This document shows positions 14,759 through 27,777 of a DNA stretch of 64,000 bases, one piece after another. The stretch spans positions 61,286,934 through 61,350,933 of the forward strand of contig NC_068983.1 of NCBI RefSeq assembly GCF_001194135.2, in the 5' to 3' direction. Within the stretch, counting starts at the first letter, position 1; every line of letters starts with the position of its first letter. A model generated the notes under the pieces. The model was not told the origin of the DNA, ran no database searches, and saw only the letters and a program-made list of their open reading frames with translations. The translations under genes and the position numbers were made by a program. The stretch comes from Octopus bimaculoides. Taxonomy: Eukaryota.

Positions 14759-16199
14759 TATATAAATTTTACCATCAATATATTACAGGTTGTGGCATGT
14801 AAGTGGTCAGAATGTTACCATCAATTTTCACATTGAATTTTGCCATGAGACTACAGCAAAGTCTTTTCAAACATGTTGGCAAGAAACATATAGCCACTTT
14901 TGCACTGGAGGTACATATACACTAGGGTCACTTAGTGATAGTAAAATGAAATTTTAGTGGAATATAGGATGAAGATCTACATAAATAGATGAAAGGAAGA
15001 GCTATTTTCCATGGATTGGTGTTAAAGGTTAAACTGTGAAAATAAAATGAAAACCCTTAAGTTTGAAAGATTTGTTAAAAGCAATGGGTGGTAAAAATAA
15101 TAATAATGACTGAGGAAACCAATTTGCTTGTTATTTATGGTAATAATATTATTTAGTAATAAAGAGTAAATTTTGCTAGTAACTTTGAGGGGTTATGTGT
15201 ATGTCTGTGTATGTGTGATTGTGTGGGTGGGGTTGGAGGGGGAGTAGAAGGGCTGGGGATCCCTATAAAGTGTTGGGGCAAGAGGTGGAATGGGATATAG
15301 AGGAGCTATGGTTGATGCCTGTAGCTTGTGCGTGTATTGCACTCCAGTGCAAAGCGGACACGACTACATTGCTAAAATAAGTTTACACTCATGAGAGCAT
15401 TATTAAAAAATTTCACCTTCTGAGATATGGAAAGAGCTTGGGTCATATGAGCTCTTTATAAACAGACCACTGTTTCTGCCATGTACAGCTTACATCTACT
15501 GCTATTGAGATACAGCCCAGCTCTTTCCAGCAATATCCAGTAAGTGTTTAATGACATTGCATACTTTTTTAATTGCCATATACAACTGGCTAAAAATTGT
15601 GGTACTGCATCTTTCCTAGATCTTAAAAGAAAATCTTTGGTTATTCAGCCTGACCTTGAAAGAGCTCTCTGTCACCCCAACGTGTCATTTCACAGTGTTG
15701 GTTGATACTACCTCTGCTTTGTAAACCATAGCTTCTGTATTGCACTTGTATTGCACTGAGCAGTCAGTGGGTTCACCTTGTTATCCATTGATTAAATTTT
15801 CTTCATACAAAAAGAAGAAAATGATATACACACAAGTTACAAACTTCAACCATGGCTACCTCCATATCCCACACCACCTATGATCCCAACATTTTATAGA
15901 GTTCTTTACCCTTCCAGTTTTTTGTTTTCTTCACTCTCACTCATTTCTTACTCTCCCTCCAGCCCAAGCCACACACACAGTTACATTGTTGTTAATACAC
16001 ACACCCCACCAGAGACACCACCTAAAATCTCTTTTAATATGAATACAGCATTATCCTTTATTGTCATTAATAACAATACATTTTGTTCCCTTTAACATTA
16101 TTGCCATTATCATTATATTTATCACCCAATGCATTCAACACATCTTTCAAACCTATGGGTTTTCTTTTTTTCACTTTGTATGAAGCCATCTAAAATACA

Positions 16200-16370
16200 T
16201 TGTAGGATTATAAATCAACTCCAGTACTTGATAATACTTTCAATTTATCAACTCCATGGGAATGAAAAGCTAAGTTGCTCTTAGTGTGACTAAACTCAGA
16301 ACAAAGAGCCATAATCAAATTCTGAAGGGCATCTGATCCATTGCTCTAATCATTCTACTAGTTCACTGTC
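16200..16370 (-). mobile_element. Degenerate tRNA-SINE of the family seen at 9302
   Basis: Reverse complement gives ...ttctgagtttagtcac...cttagcttttcattcccatggagttgataaattgaaagtattatcaagtactggagttgatt. Confidence 0.55.
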
Positions 16371-19069
16371 TCAGTTGTCTATTATCAGTATAACACTGCA
16401 TAGAACTAATATTTATATTCATATAATGTTGAATTTGTCTAGTTTTGGTTTTTTACATAAATGTTCAGTTGCATATTATTGATATTACTCTGTCGGAGCA
16501 GCACTGATAATCAATAATTAATATTAGATTCAATATATTAATTATCAACATTTGAAATCTAATAATCAATTAAATATCTGAAGATTAAACTACATTCAAA
16601 TGCATATTATGCTTAAATGGTAGTAATTGTGGGTTTCTGCTTAAGTTTGATGTCAAACATTTATTTTGGTTGAATCAGCTAGGAACACAAAAATTTACAT
16701 TTTAGAAGAAACATTAAGTGAAATTTTTCAATTATAAGTATTCTAATTAGAATGAAATAAATTATTCATTTCAAATATTGAATTATTTTGTAGTAAAATT
16801 TAACTTTTTAAATGTTTCCTAAAGTTTAAGATGAAATTACAATTATTATAAGATATAAAACAATGTTAAAATTTTGATTATATGAACAAATTTAATTAAT
16901 ATATTAGCAATGAACTGAATTAAATTAAAAAAGAGTAAATCCTCATCCATTCAAATGTATATTCAAATATATCTGGTGTAATCTTCAACTTGATAATCAA
17001 TGATATTAAAACTTCAGTCCCTTTGAATTTATGACCTGTCTACTATCCCAATGTAAATTTACTTGGCTCAGTCCTCCACTCTACAACATTAAATTGTCTT
17101 ATCTTGATGATCTCATAATAAATCCTTTACCTTATATTTCTTTGGAACTTTCTATCTGTTCATGTTATCTGCAAGCACTAACCTGTACCAATTCAAACTA
17201 AAAATTAATCAATTAAAAAATTTAAGTGTGAAGGAACTAGTGCTGGTACATAGTATACAGTTAATGAAATTTGAATTTTGTAAACACTAACAATACTTTT
17301 ACCATCTATCCAGCTGCCTTTCTCTTATTGAGGACTACTTTTCCATTTTAATTCCTCAAATGCCCACTGTCACTCCAACAACCACAGAAAGGGGAACCTA
17401 ACTGTTGCCTGCTCTATTCAATACTACCAGAAAATCAGTATCAATAAATTTCTTGGAGACAATATAATTATCTGTCTTAAATTTTAGAACAACAGACCTT
17501 GTAATAAAGACAGGGTTATTGATCAACTAATTCTCTCTTCAGGAAACAATTCTGAGCATATTTCAGAAAAATTAATCATTGACTATCATTTTTATTCATA
17601 ATATTTTTTAAACTCTAATTTAACTGTTGCATTTAAATGAATTATCTCATTGAATTATTTAATCTGCAGGCATTAAATTTCATATAACATATTTTATTTT
17701 GGTCACACACATATATATATATATGTATAAAACGATTGGTTGCATGCATTTCGTATGTAGCTTTGACATGTGTATGTCACATGCATCTATCTCTATATAA
17801 ATACTGCAGTGCTACATGAACTTCCATTGGCTAGAGTTGGAAAACAACCCTTGTATATGCAATGAAACAATAGCAGGTTTCTTTGCTGGTTGTCACATTC
17901 CAAAGAAACTACTGACTTCTGGAAGAATCATTCTGATTTGAAATCTCAATACATTACTGCTATGTCTAATAAACAGCAAGGTGTTATAAAGTAAAAAAAT
18001 TTCTCATTTCTGCAATACTGTATAGTTCTATTCATCTATCAGTGATTCATTCATCATTACTTTGGCAAGAATGGTAAAGGTTATGCTTTACTGAAGTATC
18101 AGAATTAACTAAAACATGCCTAGACTGGTCCCCAATGCTCTATTTCTAGTTAGCTTTTTAATACTTCATGATATCCCTAACTTAACTTATAGAACTTGTT
18201 TGTCACTCTATATTTAATAATGAACATTGATGCTATATTTGAATAACAAATAGTTCATGACAATTTATCATTACCCACTTACATTATTTGAATCTTATAC
18301 TCCGGTTTATCTTCTTCAAACTTATGAAATTTAGCCATCAAACTTTCTATTGTCTTTCTATACACATACACACACACTCATGCATATATATGACTAGTAT
18401 ATGCAGTGCAATTTTTAATACATTCATTATATAATGAAAATGTACTCAAACCTTCTTATGATACAGGTTTCATTATTTTACGTGAGTTAAAGAGTGAAAT
18501 TTCTTGCACACAATGAAAAGACAGATATACAAATAACATGGTCATGTTGCCATGGGCGATATATTATTATTCATCAATATTCAAAACTTTATAGCTAAGT
18601 CAATATCTACCCCACCACCAAAAAAAAAAAAAAAAAAACCCCAATTTTCTTTGATATTTTCTGAGTTTTGAATATTTCTAGTAGCTCTTCAAGATGATTT
18701 CAACTGAAAAATAAATGTCCCCATATTCAAGTTCTTAAAATAGCCATACCTATGTCTATTAGTACAAAAGAAGAGAGACGTTTGACAACTATCTACCTCA
18801 ACATATATTTCTTGAAATATATCGTCAAAATTAATCCTATTTCTAGCAGCAAAATATTCTAAATTCTCTTGCTTGACTTTCCTGATTCATCAACAGTACT
18901 TTAATGTTCCATTTTCTTATCAGTTTTCTCTCAACCTATCTATGTTCATGTTATTCAGCTATACATAGTCAATAACTAATATATTAAACAATGATATTAT
19001 TATAGAAGAGAATTATAACATTTTTGTGACAACTCAATAAATTTGAACATCTACTACATATCATCTGGG

Positions 19070-19200
19070 CTGAGATATAGCTGTTTGGTGAAGAAGTTCC
19101 CTTCACAAGTGTCTTCTATCATAGCCTTGAATTAACCAATACCTTGTGAGTAGAATTTGATAGATGGATATGGCGCAGAAGGTCTTTTTATTTATTTGTG
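19070..19200 (+). mobile_element. Internally deleted SINE of the family seen at 20425
   Basis: caagtgtcttctatcatagccttg...accaataccttgtgagtagaatttg. Confidence 0.55.
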
Positions 19201-19332
19201 TATGTGTGTGGCTTTGCATGTGTACATCTTTCACTGATGTATATCAGGGAAGGATATAAAATATGGACAAAGTAATCAAATAACTGATGCTTTTCAAATG
19301 AAATTTCTTGTGATATTTGTTCTGCATAGAAA

Positions 19333-19538
19333 GGTAGCAAGCTAGCAGAAATGTTATTACACTGGGTGAAATGCTTAGCAGTAATTCATCCATCTTTATG
19401 TTCTGAGTTCAAATTCTGCCGAGGTTGACTGCCTTTCGGGGTCGATAAATTAAGTATCAGTTGCATACTCAGGTCAATCTAATCGACTGGGACCCCTCCC
19501 CAAAATTTCAGGCCTTGTGCCTAGAGTAGAAAAGAATA
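19333..19538 (+). mobile_element. tRNA-derived SINE, same head and core as 9302 but a different 3' tail
   Basis: tagcagaaatg, gagttcaaattc, gcctttcggggtcgataaattaagtatcag; tail ccccaaaatttcaggccttgtgcctagagtagaaaag. Confidence 0.85.
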
Positions 19539-20424
19539 CTTGTTCTGCATGGAATTAATATAATCCTCTGTCATTCTTGCCATCAGAAATGTATTGGACC
19601 AGAGAGTGATACATTGGGAGTCCATGAGAAATGATGCTCTTGTTCACCATTGGTGATACAAGTAAAGATTACAATGTTACTAATTACCTTTTTTGACTTT
19701 TCTCATTTTTGTTTTTAGACAACACATTATGGTAGATATCATGACAGCTTTACAATCTTCTCATAAATGTAACAACTTCACAATTGCACTAGTTTTTTCC
19801 ACCCACAAATTTGACAACAAAGAATGTAGATAACTGTAGCAAATCAGAATATTATTAATAGAACATTACAATTTTTATGTAATGTTTTGTATTACTGCAT
19901 ATGTTATAAGATTGTTTTCATATCTTTGATCTATGATTGTAGTTAAATATGTTTTCTGTTACAATAATAATAATAATATGAGCCACTCAAAATATGTTAT
20001 ATCTTATAAAGATATGTTGGTACAGTGGAAACTTAAAGGGAAAAGTAGAGTTGCATTTAAGTAGTTCAAAAGAATTCTTCAAGTGCATGAAACGTATCAA
20101 GTTTCAATGAAGGTCAAATATCCAAAGCCTGGATTAATAATTTAATGTTTACTAATGTGAAATAATTGTGAAAGGAATTGTGGGATTAAACAATGTCATT
20201 TGATTTATCATAAAAATATAATATTCAATATAGCTGTCCAGTTACTTATTTTTTTAAAGCTTGACTCCAGTTACTTATAATTTTTTTAAAGCTTGGTACT
20301 TTTTCGATCAGTCACTTTTTGCTGAACAGCTAAGTAACAGGAATGTAAACAAAAGCAACACAAGTTGTCAAGAAGAGGTGGATGACAATTACATATACAA
20401 AGACACATAGATATATGCATATGT

Positions 20425-20588
20425 ATGATGGGCTTCTTTCAGTTTCTGACTACCAAATTCACTCACAAGGCTTTGATCAGCTTGAGGCTATAGTAGAAGA
20501 CACTTGCCCAAGGTGCTACACAGTAGGACTGAACCTGGAACCAAGTGGTTGGGAATCAAGCTTCTTACCAGACAGCCACACCTGTGCC
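20425..20588 (-). mobile_element. tRNA-headed SINE with CORE-like segment
   Basis: Minus strand: ggcacaggtgtggctgtctggtaagaag (A box), ggttcagtcc (B box), ccttgggcaagtgtcttctactatagcc. Confidence 0.8.
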
Positions 20589-21578
20589 TATAAACTGACA
20601 ATGTTTAGGTAAGTTATTATTGTACTGATAGAAGATCTTTTTAAATCACTACAGTTTGAATGCTATATTTGCTAGGTTTATGTATTATTACTTGAACTTA
20701 TGAATCTTTATTAAATATAAGGCTTGAATAATTGTCCAATCTGTAAGGCCCTTTAGTTTCTGCGTTTAGTCCCAAACTGAACAAAATGCATACAAGCATG
20801 GTAAATATAACAATTTTGTCAAGATCAAACCATTCTGAATATAGCTGTTTAGGAGTATTGAAGATGAAATCAGAAGTCAAACAAATTATAGATACATTCA
20901 AGTTAATAAATGCTTTAAAGCACTGTTTATACCAGCTTCCCTAAACTATTAATATTGGATGAGCAACAGGTTTAGATATTTATCTGAATTGTTAGAGTAA
21001 ATAGTTTAATGCTATAATTAACCACTTACATTGAAGAGTGAATTAATTGCTTTTTCAGTTAAGTTTATTTCGCACAGTAAAATAAAGTTTCATGTTTGAC
21101 TGAATTCATGACCTATTTGTTACTAGCCTATTTAACAGCCTCAATTGTTAATTTCTTTTTATTAATTCTTAAAAAAAAAAATTATGTACCTTAGAATTTA
21201 ATTTCAGTTTATACCATGTATACATAATATACTCCAAAGTATAGGATAAAATTTTATTTATTACTCTTCAACATAACTGCAAATTTAACTTAATTCAAAT
21301 GTTTACTTGATTAAATAGATATTCTTTCTACCAAAAGATTTCAATGGATGTAGGATTTAATCTTAAACTCCAAATACCCTAACTCAAATTTCTAGAAAAC
21401 TTATACCTATGTAGTTTTAAAGGTATGATGATAATAAAATGGAAGGATTTTGCATGCGCTGGCAAAATGTTTGGTAGTAGCATGCAATTAGATATCATTT
21501 GGTGCATAATGGAATGTTTGCATCCAAAGCGGAAGCTAGAAGCAATAAAACAAAAATGAGTTAGTCTTTAATTCTTAC

Positions 21579-21651
21579 CAAACTCCTCTAGTACAAATAT
21601 GCCTCCTTTCTGTGTGAAACATTTCTTGACACGACATAGCTCAATAAAGAA
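21579..21651 (-). CDS. MADD: MADD exon, 73 nt (FFIELCRVKKCFTQKGGIFVLEEF)
   Basis: ttattttcag / TTG|gtaaga; phase 0 to 1; aligns to human [23 protein letters not shown]. Confidence 0.96.
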
Positions 21652-22295
21652 CTGAAAATAAAAACGAAGCAACTTAAAGCTGTTGATTCACAAAAGTATA
21701 CCACTTGTGGACAAAGAGGATAAGTGGCTCACACTGACTAACTGAACTGAACAAAACAATAGCTCTACAAACTACATATAAGCAATATAAATCTAGCAGA
21801 TGCAAATGAAAGGGAAAAATAGGTGCCAAGATGAAAATTAGAATTTATTTAATCAACACCTTGATTAATGTGGATATTTAAATGTAATTAAATTGGATTT
21901 AAAATTTATACCCACTATAACCAATGTATTTTGCTGAATATAGGATTTTATCAAATCAGGTCATATAATATTTTTCCTGACAATTTGCAAGGTGCTAGCA
22001 AAGCAATCACAACTTCTAACATTGATTCAACTCAGGTGTAAAATAAGCATACAAACAACATACCAAATTAAAATAAACTGAAAAGCATAGAGAGGGCAAG
22101 CACTAGTTTGAAACAAAAATGATTTTCAGTAATAGTTGTGTTCATACACATAACAATCCAAATAAATGTCTCTATGAATTAAAAAAAAAATTGGGAGAAA
22201 ATGTAGACAAGAAGCAAAAGTGTGTGGAGTAAAAAGAAAGGGTAAGTTGTAGAGTGAAGAGTGATCTACAAATGACAGACACCATAAGCCATTAC

Positions 22296-22304
22296 CTCAA
22301 AATC
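22296..22304 (-). CDS. MADD: 9-nt frame-preserving microexon GATTTTGAG (D-F-E)
   Basis: Long pyrimidine tract, then ...ggctgctgggggcag|GATTTTGAG|gtaatg. Phase 0/0, located between the ANSK and FFIEL exons. Confidence 0.75.
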
Positions 22305-23374
22305 CTGCCCCCAGCAGCCGATACAGCGGGATGAAGGGAGAGAAAGAGAGAGAAAAAAAAAGATAACATATTAACCAGCATATTAGCAACAACATTAGCT
22401 GCAACATTACAGTAACGTAAGCCCAGCTTGTTAAGGTGCTTATATCTTCCTTCAGATTTTCAAAAACAAAACATCAATTGACGATCAAACAAAAGACATA
22501 GAGAATTGAAAGCATAATTGAATGCAAACTAATTTTTGAATTAGTAATAGGGTAAGGAATTTATCTCCGATACTGATTAGGCATAGAATCTAGCTTCTCT
22601 GAAAAATCAGGCTAAATGATCAAGATATAATGAAAGAGAGATATTAAGATTCATAATAAATGTAATATTCTTTATCAAGCCAAAACAGCTGTGAAAGAAG
22701 TATTTGCACTTAAATGAAAGAACAGTAGACAGTTTTTTGATTATGTATATTTGTAAAAAGTTGGAGATTATAAAAATAATACTGGGCTTAAAAGAAACTT
22801 AAGAAAATCTTAGCTGATGTACAATAGTAGACACTAGTTAAAAACAAACTATAATGCTTCATTGGAGTTGTCTCTTCTGCTTATGGATTTTAGAGTTTTA
22901 AACACCATCCGAGGAAGTTTTTGAAAACTATTTGCTAAAATAATCTCAGCTGAAGTTGTTTTTCAACTCATCACTGCACATATGCATGACTCAACTGTAT
23001 TTACATTTAGAACACAGGATTCTCTTGAAGTATTTTCCCTCAGCCAAATTACTGATATTTATAATCAATCTCTCTCTCTCTCTCTCTTGCTATATGTGAG
23101 TGTGTGTATGTGTGCATGTGTTGTGTGTACACGTGCATATAAATATCTACACACACACACATATATACACAGGTACGCACACATATAGTGAGAGAGAAAG
23201 TTAACAGGATAGATTGAAAGAATCTCTATATAGAAAATACTTAGCGCTCAAAAGATTTGAACTTACACTTTGAAATCTTTACCAAAGACTAAGTCAGTGG
23301 GGTAAATAGAAGCTACAAGAGGAATCCAGGTGAGCAGATATGGAGACTGGTGTGTGTGTGTGTGTGTATATATA

Positions 23375-24229
23375 TCATCATCATTGTTTAACATCCGCTT
23401 TCCATGCTAGCATGGGTTGGACGATTTGACTGAAGACTGGCAAGCCAGAAGGCAGCACCATGTTCCAATCTGATCTGGCAGAGTTTCTATAGCTGGATGC
23501 CCTTCCTAACGCCAACCACTCTGAGAGTGTAGTGGGTGCCTTTATGTGCCACCAGCACGAGGGCCAGTCACATGGTACTGGCAACGGCCACGCTCAAAAG
23601 GTGTTTTTTANNNNNNNNNNNNNNNNNNNNNNNNNNNNNNNNNNNNNNNNNNNNNNNNNNNNNNNNNNNNNNNNNNNNNNNNNNNNNNNNNNNNNNNNNN
23701 NNNNNNNNNNNNNNNNNNNNNNNNNNNNNNNNNNNNNNNNNNNNNNNNNNNNNNNNNNNNNNNNNNNNNNNNNNNNNNNNNNNNNNNNNNNNNNNNNNNN
23801 NNNNNNNNNNNNNNNNNNNNNNNNNNNNNNNNNNNNNNNNNNNNNNNNNNNNNNNNNNNNNNNNNNNNNNNNNNNNNNNNNNNNNNNNNNNNNNNCTTGC
23901 CTCAACATGTCTTCATAAGCAGAGTTTAGTGTCCAATGAAGGAGAGATTGGCATGGGTGCCAGTCGTCGGATTCGGTTCAATTTCGATTTCAGATTTCAA
24001 ATTTACTTGCCTCAACAGGTCTTTGCAAGCAGAGTTTAGTGTCCAATGAAGTAAAGATACGGATAAGTGAGCAAGCCACACTTCTGGCAGAGGTCCCAGC
24101 TTATGCTCTCACTTGGCTTGCTGGGTCTTCTCATGTACTGCATATTTCCAAAGGTCCCGGTCAGTAGTCACACTTGTCCAACCCATGCTAGCATGGAAAG
24201 CGGATGTTAAACAATGATGATGATGATGA
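23375..24229 (-). mobile_element. RTE-LINE 3' UTR/tail element with an inverted copy of its own tail at the other end (spans N-gap)
   Basis: Left end catcatcattgtttaacatccgctttccatgctagcatgggttggac; right end gtccaacccatgctagcatggaaagcggatgttaaacaatgatgatg. Confidence 0.8.
23611..23895. other. Assembly gap (N)
   Basis: Run of N. Confidence 1.
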
Positions 24230-24803
24230 CATACATATACACCATATCAGTGTAGGTTGCATTCTAAGATGTGGCAAAGACAACTAACCAAGGAAATGGA
24301 GGATTCTCATAGAATAGCCTGATGTTTGTTTTCAGTGAGTGCATGGTAAACAAATCATGAGTAGTCTAAGAGCGAGGCTGTTGGATCCTCATACATTGAG
24401 ATTAACAGGAGAATCCATAACATTTATACATATATTGATCATCTTTAGTTTTGCAATGTGAGGACACTACTTCAATAGATGACTTCAATAACCAGATCTA
24501 CAACAACATGCCTGGTCTATATTGTCCCAAAATTTCACTCAACAGATCTAAGTGGAGTTCTCTATCATGCTTCTAGCTTTAAAATTTAAAATGCTTGGAT
24601 AAGTGTATTTAATCAAAGCTTTTTAATTCACTATACTGCAACATCCCCACTTTGTTACATAGATTTACTGATAAATATTCATTCTATGCATAAATCAAAG
24701 GATCTTGAAGACAATGAAAAATGTTATTATGGTGATAGATAATACAGCTGATTCCACTTAATTGCATGCTGGAGAAATGTATAGGAAGTTTAGCATTAGC
24801 TGT

Positions 24804-25480
24804 GCCTGAGAAGACCCGGCAAGCCAAGTGAGACCAAAATCCAAGGCCTCTGCCAGGGAAGTAGCCAGCCCACTAATGTGTAACATTCCTTCTTTGGACA
24901 CTAAACTCCGCTTGCGAAGACCGGTTGAGGCAAGTGAAATCGAAATCGAACTAAATTTGTAGACTGGCACCCATGCCAACGTCTTCATTGAACACTAAAC
25001 TCGGCTTGTGAAGACCTGTTGGGGCAAGCGAAACTGAAATCATGATAGCACCTGTACCAGTAAATCACTAAGAGTGTGATCGTTGCGGGAGCACCAGCTG
25101 TCTGGCTTTCATGCCAGTGGCACGTAAATAGCACCATTTGAGCGTGACCGTTACCAACATCGCCTTCCTGGAACGTGAAAAGACATTCGAGCGAGTTCGT
25201 TGCCAGTACCGCTGGACTGGCCCTTGTGCAGGTGGCACGTAAAATACACCATTTCGAGCGTGGCCATTGCCAGTACCTCTTGACTGGCCTTCGTGCCGGT
25301 GGCACATAAAAGCACCCACTACACTGTAGGAGTGGTTGGCATTAGGAAGGGTATCCAGCTGTAGAAACTCTGCTAAATCAGATTGGAGGCTGGTGTAGCC
25401 ATCCGGTTAACCAGTCCTCAGTCAAATCATCCAACCCATGCTAGCATGGAAAGCGGACGTTAAACGATGAGGATGATGAT
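24804..25480 (+). mobile_element. RTE-LINE 3' UTR/tail element ending in (GAT)n
   Basis: gagaagacccggcaagccaagtgag ... ggcattaggaagggtatccagctgtagaaac ... ccaacccatgctagcatggaaagcggacgttaaacgatga. Confidence 0.85.
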
Positions 25481-25523
25481 GATATATATGTATGTATATA
25501 TATATGTATATATATATGAATGT

Positions 25524-26499
25524 NNNNNNNNNNNNNNNNNNNNNNNNNNNNNNNNNNNNNNNNNNNNNNNNNNNNNNNNNNNNNNNNNNNNNNNNNNNNN
25601 NNNNNNNNNNNNNNNNNNNNNNNNNNNNNNNNNNNNNNNNNNNNNNNNNNNNNNNNNNNNNNNNNNNNNNNNNNNNNNNNNNNNNNNNNNNNNNNNNNNN
25701 NNNNNNNNNNNNNNNNNNNNNNNNNNNNNNNNNNNNNNNNNNNNNNNNNNNNNNNNNNNNNNNNNNNNNNNNNNNNNNNNNNNNNNNNNNNNNNNNNNNN
25801 NNNNNNNNNNNNNNNNNNNNNNNNNNNNNNNNNNNNNNNNNNNNNNNNNNNNNNNNNNNNNNNNNNNNNNNNNNNNNNNNNNNNNNNNNNNNNNNNNNNN
25901 NNNNNNNNNNNNNNNNNNNNNNNNNNNNNNNNNNNNNNNNNNNNNNNNNNNNNNNNNNNNNNNNNNNNNNNNNNNNNNNNNNNNNNNNNNNNNNNNNNNN
26001 NNNNNNNNNNNNNNNNNNNNNNNNNNNNNNNNNNNNNNNNNNNNNNNNNNNNNNNNNNNNNNNNNNNNNNNNNNNNNNNNNNNNNNNNNNNNNNNNNNNN
26101 NNNNNNNNNNNNNNNNNNNNNNNNNNNNNNNNNNNNNNNNNNNNNNNNNNNNNNNNNNNNNNNNNNNNNNNNNNNNNNNNNNNNNNNNNNNNNNNNNNNN
26201 NNNNNNNNNNNNNNNNNNNNNNNNNNNNNNNNNNNNNNNNNNNNNNNNNNNNNNNNNNNNNNNNNNNNNNNNNNNNNNNNNNNNNNNNNNNNNNNNNNNN
26301 NNNNNNNNNNNNNNNNNNNNNNNNNNNNNNNNNNNNNNNNNNNNNNNNNNNNNNNNNNNNNNNNNNNNNNNNNNNNNNNNNNNNNNNNNNNNNNNNNNNN
26401 NNNNNNNNNNNNNNNNNNNNNNNNNNNNNNNNNNNNNNNNNNNNNNNNNNNNNNNNNNNNNNNNNNNNNNNNNNNNNNNNNNNNNNNNNNNNNNNNNNN
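25524..26499. other. Assembly gap (N)
   Basis: Run of N. Confidence 1.
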
Positions 26500-26842
26500 C
26501 AGACCTATCTCTCTGACCTCACACATCAGCAAGGTCATGGAACGAATAGTCAGAAGAAAACTAATCGCCTTCCTTGAAGAAAATGACTTGCTGCCTGACA
26601 CCCAACATGGTTTCCGACCAGGAAGAAGCTGCCTGACTCAGCTCTTACAACGCTATGACTGGGTGCTGAAACAGCTACTTAACCACTCAAATGTGGAAGT
26701 GATATATCTTGACTTTGCAAAGGCCTTTGATAAAGTCGATCATGGAATGATATGTCACAAACTGCGTGATCTCAGCATAGTTGGAGAATTGGGAGAATGG
26801 CTTCATGACTTCCTGAAGGATAGAAGTCAGGTGGTAGTAGCC
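26500..26842 (+). mobile_element. CR1/Jockey-clade LINE reverse transcriptase fragment (domains 1-3)
   Basis: RPISLTSHISKVMERIV...QHGFRPGRSCLTQLL...VIYLDFAKAFDKVDH...W.HDFL.DRSQVV, stop-free over about 114 aa. Confidence 0.92.
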
Positions 26843-27015
26843 ACTCTCTTGCACACTACATCTGATGCTTCTTATGTCCAACATTTCTCTCAAGGCGCTT
26901 ACACTCTGTCGTGTGTGCACACTGACATAAACACATCCAGCAGATCATGCTAGCTTCATTTCTTTCAAGCCTACACATCTTCAGCACACATGCATCATAT
27001 ATATATGTATACAAA

Positions 27016-27297
27016 GGGTCCCCCGATCCCTTATCTGGTGAGCAATGGGGAAACTGCAGAGTGATGAGTGGTTAATAAGAGCTGTACAGGGATGCCATTA
27101 GTAAGGTAAGGGTTGGCAATTAGTATAGTGAAGTATTCCAGGTAGAAGCAGGGGTTCACCAAGGATCAGCCCTCAGCCCCCTCTTATTCATCATAGTCCT
27201 CCAGGCAATAACAGAGGAATTCAAGACAGGTTGCTCCTGGAGCTCTTCTATGCTGATGACCTTGCTCTCATAGCAGAATCACTACCAGAACTAGAGC
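27016..27297 (+). mobile_element. RTE-clade LINE RT fragment (GVHQGSALSPLLF...YADD) with stops and frameshifts
   Basis: Translation: GVHQGSALSPLLFIIVLQAITEEFKTGCSW-ELFYADDLALIAESLPELE. Confidence 0.88.
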
Positions 27298-27777
27298 TGG
27301 CCTCCTAGTCTAGAGTCACTAATAACTAGTCTATGCTGGGGGCAGGGAAGTACATTCTTCTCCAGGGAGGGTCTTTGTATTTAAGAGCAACCTTGCAGTT
27401 TGATACCCCTGTAGTTATTTCTTGTGGTACCATCCCACCCATGCTAGCATGGAAGATGGACATGAAACTCTGATGATGATGATGATATCTATATATACAT
27501 GTATATAAAAAGAAGAGCAGCTTCATGCTGCTTGCTTCTTCATCTAAAACAGCACCAAACGGAAAGCCAAAAATACTGTAATATTGGTGCTTCAGTATGT
27601 CCCCAGCCTCTAGCTGAAATCAGTAAAGAATAAAAGAATTAATGAAGTTACAGAAAGAAAATCATCTCAGTGCATCATATCAGCTATTGGGAAAAGCTGA
27701 GAAAGTTAAAACTATTGTCTCTAGAACGAAGGCAAGAAATTTATGCAGTGATATATGTTTGGAAAATCCCCTTTGTC

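Noticed and set aside
18283-18357. 75-nt segment with a gtaagt donor
   Set aside because: No polypyrimidine tract, and an immediate stop (ERQ*) in the required phase.
20239-20296. Tandem duplication of about 30 bp
   Set aside because: Ordinary slippage duplication with no further structure.
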